64,000 nt of DNA, from assembly GCA_030390025.1 (NCBI GenBank), contig CM059432.1, positions 75,766,001 to 75,830,000 of the forward strand. Reading direction: 5' to 3'. A program made the position numbers and the translations under genes. The stretch is from Squalus acanthias. Lineage: Eukaryota. The first letter of the stretch is position 1, and each line of letters starts with the position of its first letter. The notes below the pieces were generated by a model, which saw only the letters and a list, made by a program, of their open reading frames with translations, was not told the DNA's origin and searched no databases. Positions 40,076 through 53,100 of this stretch are shown piece by piece.

Positions 40076-40705
40076 CTCATCTGCTGCTGAATCCCTCATC
40101 CATGCCTTTGTTACCTCCAGCCTTGACTATTCCAACGTTCTCTTGGCAGGACTCCCATCTTCCACCCTACATAAACTTGAGCTCATCCAAAACTCTGCTG
40201 CCAGTATCATAACTCGCAGCAAGTACTGTTCACCCATCACCCCTGTGCTCGCTGACCTATATTGGCTCCCGATCTGGCAACGCCGCAATTTTAAAACTCT
40301 CATCCTTGTTTTCAAATCCCTCCATGCCCCTCTCCGCCAACCCCCCCGCCCCCCCCCCCCCCCTGCATCTGTGTAACCTTCTCTAGCCCGACAACCCTCC
40401 AAGATCTATGCGCTCCCGCTCCTCCTATTCTGGCTTCTTGCACGTCCCCTATTTTAATCGCTCCACCATTGGCGGCCGTGTTTTCAGCTGCCTAGGCCCT
40501 AAACTCTGGAATTCCCTCCCTAAGCCTCTCCAGCCCTTTACCTCTCGCTCCTCCTTTAAGATGCTCCTCAAAACCTACCTCCATCTGTCCTAATATCTCC
40601 TTATGTGGCTCAGTGTCAACATTTGTTTGATAACACTCCTGTGAAGCGCCTTGGGATGTTTTACTACGTTAAAGGTGCTATATAAATGCAAGTTGTTGTT
40701 GTTGA
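40076..40705 (+). mobile_element. L2 LINE 3' fragment
   Basis: LAGLPSSTLHKLELIQNSAA, HITPVL/LHWLP-like and FSCLGPKLWNSLP motifs; (GTT)n tail. Confidence 0.88.
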
Positions 40706-41578
40706 AAGCACCTCTGTTACACATTGTCTGCATTTGGAAACTAAAAAAATGTTCAGCTCACGTTGACCCACAAGCACTCACTGTGCCCAATGGTGGTCCA
40801 TTCCTAGGGGAACCAAAAGACATGCTTCCCTGGAAAATGTCACATTTTATATTAAAATAGTTAATTCTGGTTCATTTTGAACACTTTTTTACTTGGTACA
40901 TTTTTAAAAACTGTATAAATCTATGGAGTGAGCCACTGAATTAAAAGGTTATCGGTTCGAGCCGCACTCCAGCCAGTCCCGGCGAGTGGAGGTAAGAGAT
41001 ACGGTCCCTGAATACTGCCTTGACATCTAGTAGTGTACTCGTGTCCGATGGGAGTGGAGTGGCGAATCCCCATCGCATAATAGGTTTTGCAGTCTTGCAC
41101 ATGTGTCAACATATTGCTACATCAGTATTCCCAATGCGTTATGAATCTTTTTGTTTAATACCCTAGAACTATCGCTTCAGAAATAAATTTGTGGATACTT
41201 TTAACATTTTCTCACCTCTCCCGTTGAAAGAATTCTCACACACAAGCTCTCACACAAGGTTAGAAATAGGAACAGGTGTTTACATCCTGCAACTGGTTTT
41301 GCTATTTCCCATTCTCAATATGCCTGAAAAGGTTCCCAGTTTGGTCCACATGTAATAACTCTTTGAGGGTGGTTGGAATCTGGAATTCACTGCCTGAAAG
41401 GATGGTAGAGGCAGGAACCCTCACAACATTCAAGAAGCATTTAGATGAGCAATTGAAATGCCATAGCATACAAGGCTACGGACCAAGTGCTGGAAAATGG
41501 GATTAGAATAGACAGGGCTTGATGGCCGGTGCGGACACGATGGGCTGAAGGGCCTCTTTCTGTGCTGTATAACTCTAT

Positions 41579-42350
41579 GGGGTAAAAATTGAGTCGCGCC
41601 CCATTTGGGGCGCTAACCTCGCCGGGGCGCGACTTTTAGCGCCCCGAAAAAATTAGCGGCCCCGCGCCGGAACTTCAGTGGTTGCGCCCCAATAGGGAAG
41701 CGGGGCGCTACTGGAAGCACCCCGCATCCCTCTTGGGGCGCTGCGAGTGAATATCCTGGCGCTACGTGCCGCAGCGCCACGCGCTGCGGCACGTCGCGCC
41801 GCGGTATTGCAGGCCTTCCTCCCCTTCTTAAAGGGGAGGGACCCTGCGTAGCGCGAACCGGGGCCCAGCTGGGCCCCCAGGGATCGGGAGTGCCGGCAAA
41901 AGAGCCCGGCACTCAAGAGAAGTGCCGGGCTCTTGGAGCGCAGCCGGCACTTCACGGTGGGGGGGCTTCACGGGGCCGGGGACAGCAACGGGGGCAGGTG
42001 CTGGCAGGCGGCCAGCAACAAAAATGGCCGCCTGCCACCTCCCCTTTAAATATCGCCGCCCCGGCCGCACGTACGCCTCCCTGAACCCGTCGGACATAGC
42101 GTCTGGCGGTAAATCAGGGGGCGCGACTGAAGATCACGGCCGGGGCGCGAGCGGGGTGCTGCGCACGGCGATGACGTCATCGCCGGCGGCGCAGCGCCAC
42201 AGGGCGCTACCGGCTGCCGCCGCCGCTAACCTCCCACTAAATTTTTCGGGAGGCGTGGGCGGCGCTGCGCCCGGGCGTTAGCTGCTTTACGCCCCATTAG
42301 CGCCCTCTTAAGGCGCTAACGGGAGGCGCAAGCAGCTGAATTTTTCCCCC
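41579..42350. mobile_element. Harbinger MITE family C, CpG-rich (probably young), inserted in the tail of a short CR1 fragment (about 41365-42362)
   Basis: TIRs GGGGTAAAAATT / AATTTTTCCCCC, TAT TSD. Confidence 0.9.
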
Positions 42351-43105
42351 TATGACTCTATAACCACTTTGGGCATATAATTGTGCTCATGTACGATTTG
42401 GTGAAACCGGGTCCTAGTTATTTGATTATTTTTGAGTAACTCATTACCGTGGAATCAGCCAATGGACAGTCTCAATGTAGCCATTCAGTATTTGTTGGGC
42501 ACAGAAGGAGTGATGGTGAATTCTTTTGGCACATAACATACTCAGAAAATATTTCTGGTCAATATAATAATCAGCCCTCAGATAACCCTTAAGTACTGAA
42601 TATGAACACAAGTGTGGAGCACTGTTACTCTCCAGTAAACCGCTTACTGCTACTGATCCTGATAAACTGTTTCAAAATGTAAGGTGATATTGCACTTGTG
42701 CCACTGCTCGGCTTGCCTGCAGAGCTGACTCAGTAATGTAGAGAGACCACCACAACTCACTAACTCTAGCAATTCAAAGAGCATCACATGGCACTTTTAC
42801 ACTGGCACTGGCACTGGCACTGGCTCAGTTCAGATCGCAGGAGGGTAGATTGTGTGTGCTGGCTCCCTGTGTTTCTACTGATCAGAATAATCTGGGCCTA
42901 TGATTCTGCTATTGGAATAAGAGATACTTGTTTTAATAATGGAATATGGAAAACCTATGTAAGGAAAAGCTAAACAAGTATCAATGTCAAAGTCTCTATA
43001 CTTAACTTCCACTTCAGAGTAAGCAGAACTTTCAAGCACAAATAAAAAAATCCTGGTAATCTGTGTTTGCTGTTGTCAGGAATGAATATTCCCACTGTTA
43101 TTATT

Positions 43106-43860
43106 GGGCCGTATTTTCCGATCGGAGGCTTTCTGTGTGCGGAGGCCTCCGATCTGGAAAAAATCTACGGATTTACCTGAGGGCTCCCAAGGTCCGGACA
43201 CTTCCGCTCCTGGGCCTCTCCAACTCGAAATGCGCAGGGCCCACGTATCCCAGAGGTGCATGCAGTTCACAAGCATCCCTGGGATCACGTGGGCCATGGG
43301 GAGCCAATAGGAGAAGGGAATCTCCCTTCATACACTTGACAGATAGACCTGTCAAATATATGAATGGAGATCACCCCAAAAACACTGTAAAACATTCAAT
43401 ACATTTTTTTTTAAATCTCATTTTTAAAATGAGTTGAAATTACAATAAATTAAATATTTTAATCAAAAATGTAATTTTTTGAAAAAAATAATTAAAGTTT
43501 TTTACAGGGTTAAATATAAACTTACCTTTTTTAAAGTATTTTTAAATGATAAATGAGTGAAATTTTTTTTTTTACTTTTTTCAAATCTTATGCTGGTAAA
43601 AGCAGGCCTTATGCCTGCTTTTACCAGGCGTAAGATTTCTATGGGTTTTCTGCGGGCGGAGGGTCTCCAGAAAGCGGAACTATCTGCCCACAGAGGCCCT
43701 TCTCTAGGGCAGGCGTCCGATCTGTCAAGAGCATTCTTGACAGATCGGAAATGCCGGTTTTCGACGCATGCGCTTGGCATGCCTGAAACCGGCATTTCCG
43801 ATGTCCCTATGGGTGTGTACACAGCGCGTACACACCTATAGGGATCGGAATATACGGCCC
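43106..43860. mobile_element. Intact MITE family A copy
   Basis: TIRs GGGCCGTATTTTCCGATC / GATCGGAATATACGGCCC, ATT TSD. Confidence 0.9.
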
Positions 43861-44028
43861 ATTAAGTTTAATAAGGCAGTTTGGGGCAGATAGTTCCTAA
43901 AAATCCCAGGAGCAACCCTAGAAACTCTGCTCAAGAACTAAGTAGAAAAATTATAAATGTTGAAAATCTGAAATATAAAAATTACTGGAAGTGCACAGCA
44001 GGTCAGTCAGCATCTGAAAGGGAAAGTA

Positions 44029-44320
44029 GGTTAATGTTTCTCAAGTGATCCATTCTCAGAGCTGGGTTAATGTTTCTCAAGTGATCCGTTCTCAGAGCTG
44101 GGTTAATGTTTCTCAAGTGATCCGTTCTCAGAGCTGGGTTAATGTTTCTCAAGTGACCCGTTCTCAGAGCTGGGTCAATGTTTCTCAAGTGACCCGTTCT
44201 CAGAGCTGGGTTAATGTTTCTCAAGTGATCCGTTCTCAGAGCTGGGTTAATGTTTCTCAAGTGATCCGTTCTCAGAGCTGGGTTAATGTTTCTCAAGTGA
44301 CCCGTTCTCAGAGCTGGGTT
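44029..44320. repeat. 36-bp tandem repeat x8 inside a Penelope-type inverted repeat remnant (about 43960-44380)
   Basis: Unit GGTTAATGTTTCTCAAGTGA(T/C)CCGTTCTCAGAGCTG; flanked by inverted arms CAGCAGGTCAGTCAGCATC / GATGTTGACTGACCTGCTG. Confidence 0.95.
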
Positions 44321-44780
44321 GGATCTGAATCACTTTTTGATGTTGACTGACCTGCTGCACATTTCCAGCATTTTTTGTTATTGCTGCTCATAAGTTGCCA
44401 TGCTGACACTGTGGGAATGTTGGTGTTGCAGCAGCTGCTGTACTGGTCAAAGCTTTTTCAGTGAACTTTCCCTTAAAACTTATACGAAATTTGTATCACC
44501 ACCTGCAATAGTTGCTGCTGTTGTATTGCCAATGGCATTATTGCCTTCTGATGCATATGAGGTGGCATCATGGTGATGCTGCGCCTTTAAGACTTTATGC
44601 AGCCAGCGTATATTGGAAAATCATGGGTGCACTGCCCATTTTCCATCCATTATGGCAGGGGTCCTTGCAAAATTTACCCTTTTGTATCTGGTCATAAATA
44701 GTATCTTATGGGGGTTTGCTTATAGTGCTGTCATGTTTAAAAATCAAAGCAAACTTTGACTGACAGCTGACTGACTCTTC

Positions 44781-45501
44781 GGGCTGGATTTTCAATGACC
44801 CGTGGAGTCGGGTTTGGAAGCGTGTGGGGGGTTAAAGTGGGGTCGGGGGTCCCGACCCCATCCCACCTCCACGCAATTTTGACAAAATCAGTCGCAGGGT
44901 TCCCGACTCCGTCCCGCCTCCAAGAGGCGGGAGAGGCCATTAAACCCCTTAACAAGCCCTAAATTGGCTCTGTAATGCCATTTTGAAACGTTTTAGCTAG
45001 TTTAACCCTTTTCCGACGTGAAGTACGCCTGATGTGAAACACTGCAGTAAAACCTGGCGGGAGCACAAGTGGATAGCTGACTATCGGCTGCAGGTGCACT
45101 GTTACAACGGAGATGTGATGAAGGTAGTAGTAGTATTAGGTCTGAAAGTTGATGCTGCTGCATTGAATGTCTTCAGAGACTGCCTGGCCTTGCTGTGAGA
45201 GGACCTGGATGGAAAAAAATCATTTTCATTCTCTCTCTCTCTCTCTCTCTCTCGTGTGCCAGGTCCACTCACAGCAAAGGCCAGGCAATCTCTGAGACCA
45301 GGCAGTCTCTGCAATGATGACATCATCAGAGGCGACTTTCAGACTCAAACCACTAATTGGTTCATGGGTTCCCACATGCTGGAACTCAATTGCCCAATTA
45401 AGTTAAAATTGCATCATTCATCCACATTAATCTGGAGTCGGGGGGGAACACGAAATGCGGATCACACGACCCCAACCCGACCCCAAGACAAAATCCAGCC
45501 C
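44781..45501. mobile_element. H2-family MITE (family D)
   Basis: TIR GGGCTGGATTTT; ends near-identical to the H2 ends; inverted homolog at 51058-51813. Confidence 0.9.
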
Positions 45502-45737
45502 TCCATGCACAGAACAGATGACTGGCCACCCCATATGACTGCCAAAGAAAATCTGAGATAAATGGCTTGCTTTTAGCAGAGATTTAGTGCCCTAGAAATG
45601 AACAGGGAACAGATCGGTATGTAAAGAAAACCTGCTGTAAATAAAAAGTTGCTCCTATCAGTTGTTCTCAGATGGATTAGACTGTGTAGAACAAAACAGA
45701 CCAAAATTGATATGTCTCTCTCAGTTACAAACACCAC

Positions 45738-45923
45738 GGGGGTAATTTTGACTTTGTGCAATAGTGTAAAATGGGTGATAGCAAATAGGCAACTCATTTT
45801 ACAATTCTCCCTATTTCTGTTTCAATTGGAATCAATAGAAATAAAACTCAGGAGAGATGTAAAATGGGTTGCCAACTCGCTCTCACCCGTTTTACGCTAT
45901 TACACAAAGTCAAAATTACCCCC
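45738..45923. mobile_element. 186-bp fold-back MITE
   Basis: GGGGGTAATTTTGACTTTGTG / CACAAAGTCAAAATTACCCCC, with complementarity extending through most of the element; flanks CAC/TAC. Confidence 0.8.
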
Positions 45924-47499
45924 TACTTTTTCTGGGGTTAGCAGTCACATCTGTTTCTAACAGCTTAAGCATGTTCTTGGCAGCCTTTTGAAGCCATTGA
46001 CGGAAGGTGGGTAAATGCAGTGTTAACGGATATATGTCTAGGATAAGACCGCGCAATCCTCAAGTGTATGTCTCAAGTTGTGTCTAGTGGACTACACTAG
46101 TCAAATCTTCTGAGAAAAATACTATTGTTTGTAATTTTGAAGAAAAGTGACGTGCCAGCATCCTTAAAACTCATTATCAGGTGGCTGGTCTTCTAAACAT
46201 GGTCATTTACTTCATTGTGTTTCCAACACGAGGCAGGAAAACATAAAGCCAGACTTGGCTCCCAGCAATGTCTGCTGCTCTGTGCGTATTCTTTCATATG
46301 ATCTACAGGGATTTATTTTCCCAGAGGATGTAGCCATTGTGGAACATATCCTGAAGTACTGCATTATGGGTAGGATATTTTTGAAAACACCTTTAAACTA
46401 AAACATTCTGAGTTGATTTCTCCCAGTATGTTCTGCTACTAAGCTTCTTTACTGAAAAGCTTAAAACAATACAAATGTGTTACTTTCACTGAATAGGCTG
46501 CTACTCTCTACAGGTCACTGAGCATGGTCCATGCAACCAGGGGACCAGTGATATTTGGAGGATCCATAATCATGTTTCTATGACACTTAACATCAGAACT
46601 TAGAGACATGCTTCCAAAATGCAGCTAAATAATTAGTAATGCCAATAAAATGACTGCTTAGTTAGTTGGTTGCTCAAGTGTACAGTGAAAGGGAAATGGT
46701 GTTTCCATGAACAGGCAGTAGCCAGACTTTCCACTCCTGCGGCTTATCACACAATTCAAGGATTGGAATTAGTTTCACTGTGAGCTGTGCATGTATTGTA
46801 ATGTTTTTTATATTCAACCAAGGTGTAGATCTTGGCCCAAGGTAATGGAGAAGACTGCAGGCCACAATTCAGATTGTGCTTATCTGCACAGGAGGACATA
46901 TATGTTGACAGACAAGCCAAGACTAATCACTAGAGATAGCAGCTTCTTCCCCCCAAGAATCAAAACATTTAAAAGGTAATAGAAACTCACTAAGCTAACT
47001 GGAGCTTTTCACAGTTTAAGCTGTGCAAAAGCATGCTGGGATTGAATAGAACACAAGTTAACATCCTTAAATTGATGTGATCTGTCCTAATACCTCCTTA
47101 TGTGGCTCGCTATCAAATTTTGTTTGATCACACCTGTGAAGCGCCTTGGGACATTTTTTGTTGTTGATTTTCTATTTTGCTTCTTGGTGTTATGAAATTA
47201 TCAAAGTTCCTAATAATCCAGCATCAATTGATAATGGAATAACAGCTAAGTTTATTATATTTGAAAACAACTTTACATTCAGGCAACATTCAGAAGCTCA
47301 ATCCCTGCTACAACCTCCATCTTGCAGATTGACCTAAGTCCTCAATTTAGTTCTGACTGGTTGTGCTTAATTTAACATTGATGGAACATTTATAAATTTT
47401 CATACTCAAACTGATGTATCATTACACTTGGTACATTCATGTGGCCTACAATTTCCCTCTTTTCATGCACGTTCTAATTTTATCCAACTTGTGTTTACA

Positions 47500-49535
47500 T
47501 CAATAGAACGTAGTCAACGGCCCTCTCCCCCTCCACAGAGGCCCGCACCCCTTTGCCAAGCATCTAAATAGATATTTGAACAGTCATTGCAGTCTGTGAC
47601 TGCCTGATCTGTAACTACTCCAGGGATGCCAATGCTCCCTAAACATGCTTATTGATTGGTTTCAGAGCAGAACTTTGGGCAGCTAAAATGCATTGTGAAT
47701 CACTGCCTCAAGATAAGGCTCTCAGCATGTTGAAACTGACTCAAGATAGCATCTTTAAGATTTGAGCCCCAGGCCTCAATAGAAGCAGTGTGAGCATTCA
47801 TGAGAGATGCTCCCACCGTGTCTATGGCCTGTGCAATGGAAGGTTTTTCTGCAGATGTCACAGGAGTTGCTATGTGGCCCCTTGCTGACTGCAGGGCAGA
47901 CAACTGTTAGTCATAAAGTCATAGGGGGAGAAATTCAGTATCGCCCCATTTGGGGCGCAATTATCGGCCGGGCGCAAAGATTAGCGCCTGGCGCTAATTA
48001 TCGCCACCGACTGCAAACTTGACTTTTATCGCCCCTGGAGGTGATTGCAGCGCTATATCAGGCACTTCACACCTGTCTTAAGGCGCAAAGGCCGAGGAGC
48101 GAGGCGCTACCTCAGAGCGCTGGCGAAGCTCATGTAATGTCAGTCAGCAATGGAACACACACACAATGGCATGGGCCAGTTCTTAAAGGGGATGGTTAAT
48201 CTTGCTTTCCATCCACATCCTGCTCATTGCAGCCTTGAATCTCGGCCTGGAGAGACTTGCACATCAAATGTGCTGGAAAGAACAATGGAGAGTACCAGGC
48301 AAAGAGCTCAGAGTGCAGCCCCCACAGTCTCTGCTAAATCGATACAAGGAATGGCAAATCAAAATGAACCTGCAAAGTGCTGCTCAGTACCCAAAACTCC
48401 TTCACACAACGTTGAATCTCTCCAGAAGTCTCTCCCTCTCTCTCTCAGAATGCGTAGTTCAAAAATGGCACCAACAATAAAAGGCAGGAAGCGGTCACCT
48501 TTAAATAGCGCTCCCCCTTTCCCTTCATGACTGCAGAACGCTCCCCTCAACCTGTCGTTGCTAGCGTCAGGCGGTAAGGCAGGGGGCGCCACTCAATATC
48601 CGCTCCGGGGCGATACCGGGGCGTTGCACACTCGAGTGACGTCATGATCTGCCGGCGCAGGAGATCGTGGCGGTAGTGTTTAGCGCCACCGCAAAATGTC
48701 TAGTTAATTTCGCGAGCGGCGCAAACTTCGCCGCGCCTGGGCGCTAGATGCTTTGCGCCCCATTAGCGCCCTCTTAAGGCGCTAACGGGAGGCGCAACCA
48801 ACTGAATTTTTCCCCCATAGAGTCATAACGGCACAGAAGGAGGCCATTCGGGCCATCGAGTCTGCACCGGCTCTCTGTAGAGCAATCCAGTCAGTCCCAT
48901 TCCCCCGCTTTATCCCCGTAGCCCTATAAGTTTATTTCCCTCATTAGTCTATTACAGATTCAAGCAGTGGACTCCTCCATACTCTTCCCCAGATTTTGGA
49001 AAGTATTTTGCACAGCCACAAGTGGCTCGTGTTGACGATTCTGCTCAGACAACAATCTGTGTTTGCAAGCAGGCTCTGTGAGGTCTGAATCCTTAGATGC
49101 AATAGCAGGAACTGTACTGGACCTCTTGTCAGCAGTTGCCATCAACGCCACTTGTTGCTCCTCATCTGTGCAGTTATGTACCCTGTGCTACCTCTTCAGT
49201 ACATCTAGGTAACCTGTTCTCACTGCTTTGCATTTTCCAGCATTGAAGAATTAAACTGTTAGCAGAAAGGATTTTCTTGTATGTCTTCTTGGAGCAGGAG
49301 CTTATCATATAGAATAGTATGTTGACTTATCTTAGCAAATTTCTTAAGATCTGACATCTTTTTTACATGTTTTGGCAGCTCCTGTGGGTCCTGAATACTA
49401 CATTCACTCGTCCTAACATTCCGGCTACACCAGGTGCTCCTAGGAGATTGGTGGCCATCACTCCTTAACTCATTCCAGTAGGGCTTCTAGTATTGGGTCG
49501 GTAAACCTGGATTTCCTCCCTATACAATGCTCCAT
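47500..49535 (-). pseudogene. Very decayed Harbinger Myb/SANT-like gene remnant (H5), interrupted by a CR1 tail and a MITE
   Basis: MEHCIGRKSRFTDPILEALLE* from 49535; HRLLSEQNRQHEPL...KSMEEST (48960-49151) parallels the H3 segment. Confidence 0.55.
47924..48816. mobile_element. Internal-deletion derivative of H1 (893 bp, reverse orientation)
   Basis: Matches the H1 right end (9742 to about 9360) joined to the H1 left end (about 5775 to 5293); ATA TSD. Confidence 0.92.
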
Positions 49536-50192
49536 ACTTCTAACATTGCTCAGAAAACCGCTGTATTGGCCTTCACCATACTATTTCAGCTGTTTAAACG
49601 GCTTATAGCTGCATTTCGCAGCTCATTGTCAGTGTTATTGATTTTGTTGTTTCATTAGATGGCCTGTAGTGCAGGTGTTAAAATGCACATTTTACAGCAG
49701 CTCCAGGAAATAGTAAAATGGGCACTTAGTCATCATGGTTAATAAATCCAACCAAAAGTAGCACTCAGTTAATCTCTGCAGTAGTGCACCAACAGTAATT
49801 GCTGGGCTATAATATCAACAAAGTGTTCATAGACCGTTAACTCTTCCTGCACCCACCTCAGTGTATTCCGTTCTCTCATCAAAATGATGGATTGTGATAT
49901 AGTTTCTCAATATTTAAGTGGGGCTGACATCACAGTAACATGAACAGGGCTTTAATAATCTCCTCTAATTAAAATCAAAGCTTTACCCAATAATTAAAAC
50001 AAATACCACAATATTGATTGGGGAATTGTACTCCACGCCCAATGAACAGTAATTCATGTGCTTACGACATGTTGTAGATGTTACATTTCATTATCAATTA
50101 CCGTCAGGGGTTGTGCTTCCCTAATTTGAAGAAAACTTGCATTGCCATTAAGAATTGAATGTGAAAATGGACAATATAATTGAATATTATTT

Positions 50193-53100
50193 ACATAAGA
50201 AATAGGAGCAGGAGTAGGCCATACGGCCCCTTGAGCCTGCTCCGCCATTCAATACGATCATGGCTGATCATCGACCTCAACTCCACTTTCCCGCCCGATC
50301 TCCATATCCCTTGATTCCCCTCGAGTCCAAAAATCTATCTATCTCAGCCTTGAATATACTCAAAGACTCAGCATTCACAGCCCTCTGGGGCAGAGAATTC
50401 CAAAGATTCACAACCCTCTGAGTGTAGAAATTCCTCCTCATCTCAGTCTTAAATGGCCTACCCCTTACTCTGAGACTATGCCCCCTAGTTCTCGACACTC
50501 CAGCCAGGGGAAACAACCTCTCAGCATGTACCCTGTCAATCCCCTTCAGAATCTTGTATGTTTCAATGAGATCACATCTCAATCTTCTAAACTCCAGAGA
50601 GTATAGCCCCATTCTACACAATCTCTCATCATAGGACAGCCTTCTCATCTCAGGAATCAATCTAGTGAACCTTTGTTTCACCACCTCCAAGGCAAGTATA
50701 TCCTTCCTTAGATAAGGAGACCAAGACTGTGCGCAGTACTCCAGGTGTGGTCTCACCAAGGCCCTGTACAATTGTAGCAAGACTTCCTTATGTCAACCCC
50801 CTTGCAATAAAGGCCAACATGCCATTTGCCTTCCTTATTGCTTGCTGTACCTGCATGCTAGCTTTCTGTGTTTCTTGCACGAGGACACCCAAATATCTCT
50901 GAACACCAACATTTGAAAGTTTCTCACCATTTAAAAAATATTCTGTTTTTCTATTCTTCCTACCAAAGTGAATAACCTCACATTTCCCTACATTTTACTC
51001 CATCTGCCACCTTACTCCCACTCACTTAGTCTATCCATATCCCTTTGCAGACACTATGGGCTGGATTTTGTCTTGGGGTCGGGTTGGGGTCGTGTTATCC
51101 GCATTTCGTGTTCCCCACCCGACTCCAGATTAATGTGGATCAATGATGCAATTTTCACTTAATTGGGCAATTGAGTTCTAGCATGTGGGAACCCATGAAC
51201 TAATTAGTGGTTTGAGTCTGAAAGTCGCCTCTGATGATGTCATCATTGCTGACTGGTCTCAGAGATTGTCTGGCTGTTGGTGAGAGAGGAGCCTGGCTTT
51301 TGATGTGAGTGGACCTGGATGGGGGTGACGAGAGAGAGAGAGAGAGCATTTTTTGCATCCAAGTCCTCTCACAGCAAAGGCCATGCAGTCTCTAAAGATA
51401 TTCAATGCAGTAGCATCAGAGGCGACTTTCAGACCTAATACTACTACTACTACCACCTTCATCACATCTCCGTTGTAATAGTGGACCTGCAGCCGATAGT
51501 CAGCTATCCACTTGTGCTCCCGCCAGGTTTCACTGGAGTGTTTCACACCAGGCGTGCTTCACGTCGGAAAAGGGTTAAACTAGCTAAAACGTTTCAAAAT
51601 GGCATTACAGAGCCAATTTAGGGCTTGTTAAGGGCTTTAATGGCCTCTCCCGCCTCTTGGAGGCGGAACGGAGTCGGGAACCCCATGACTGATTTTGTCA
51701 AAATTGCGTGGAGGTGGGATGGAGTCGGGATGGGGTCGGGACCCCCGACCCCGCAAATTTAACCCCCCACACGCCTCCAAACCCGACTCCATGGGTCATT
51801 CAAAATCCAGCCCTTTGTGTTCTCCTCACAGCTTACTGTCCCTCCTAGCTTTGGATCATCAGCAAACCTGGATACATTACATTTGGTCCCTTCATCTAGG
51901 TCATTAATATAGATTGTAAATAGCTGAGGCCCCAACATTGATCCTTGCGGCACCCCACTAGTTACAGTCTGCCAACCTGAAAAAGATCTGTTTATCCCTA
52001 CTCTGTTTTCTGTCCGTTAACCACTCCTCTATCCATGCTACTATATTACCCCCAACCCCATGAGCCCTTGTGTAATAACCTTTTATGTGGCACCTTATTG
52101 AATGCCTTTTGGAAATCCAAATATACTACATCCACTTGTTCCCCTTTCTCTACCCTGCTAGTTACATCCTCAAAAAACTCTAATAAATTTGTCAAACACG
52201 ATTTCCCTTTCATAAAACCATGTTGACTCTGCCTAATCTTGTTATGATTTTCTAAGTGCCCTGATACCACTTCCTTAACAATGGATTCCAGCATTTTCCC
52301 GACGACTGTAGTTCCCTGTTTTTTCTCTCCCTCCTTTCTTGAATAGCGATGTTACATTTGCGACCTTCCAATCCGCTGGGACCGTTCTAGAATCTAGGGA
52401 ATTTTGGAAGATCAAAACCAATGCATCCACTATCTCTTCAGCTGCCTCTTTTAGATTCTTTTAGAACCTTAGAATGTAGGCCGTCAGGTCCAGGGGATTT
52501 GTCGGCTTTTAGTCCCATTAGTTTCTCTAGTACTTTTTCTCTACTTATATTAATTATGTTAAGTTCCTCATCCTCATTAGACTCTTGTTTATCCACCATT
52601 TTGGTATGCTTTTTGTGCCTTCTACAGTGAAGACAGATACAAAATATTTGTTTAACGTTTCTACCATTTCCTTATTCCCCATAATATTTTCTCCTGTCTC
52701 AGCCTCTAAAGGACCAACGTTTACTTTTGCTACTCTCTTCCTTTTTACATACTTGTAGAAGCTCTTACAATCTGCTTTTATATCTCTTGCTAGTTTTCTC
52801 TCATTCTATTTTTTTCCTTTTTATCAACTTTTTGGTCAACCTTTGCTGGTTTCTGAAACTCTCCCAATCCTCAGGCTTACTATTATTCTTTGCAACATTA
52901 AAAGCTTCTTCTTTCAATCTAATGCTATCCTTAACTTCTTTAGTTAGTCACGGTTGGATCACTTTTCCTGTGGAGTTTTTGTTTCTCAATAGAATGTATT
53001 TTTGTTGAGAATTATGAAATATTTCTTTAAATGATAGCCACTGCTTATCTACCACCATACCTTTTAATCTATTTTTCCAATCTACCTTAGCCAACTTGCC

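Noticed and set aside
44029..44320. CRISPR-like array or repeat-protein ORFs
   Set aside because: The units are contiguous with no unique spacers, there are no cas genes and the context is eukaryotic; the ORFs are by-products of a 36-bp period.
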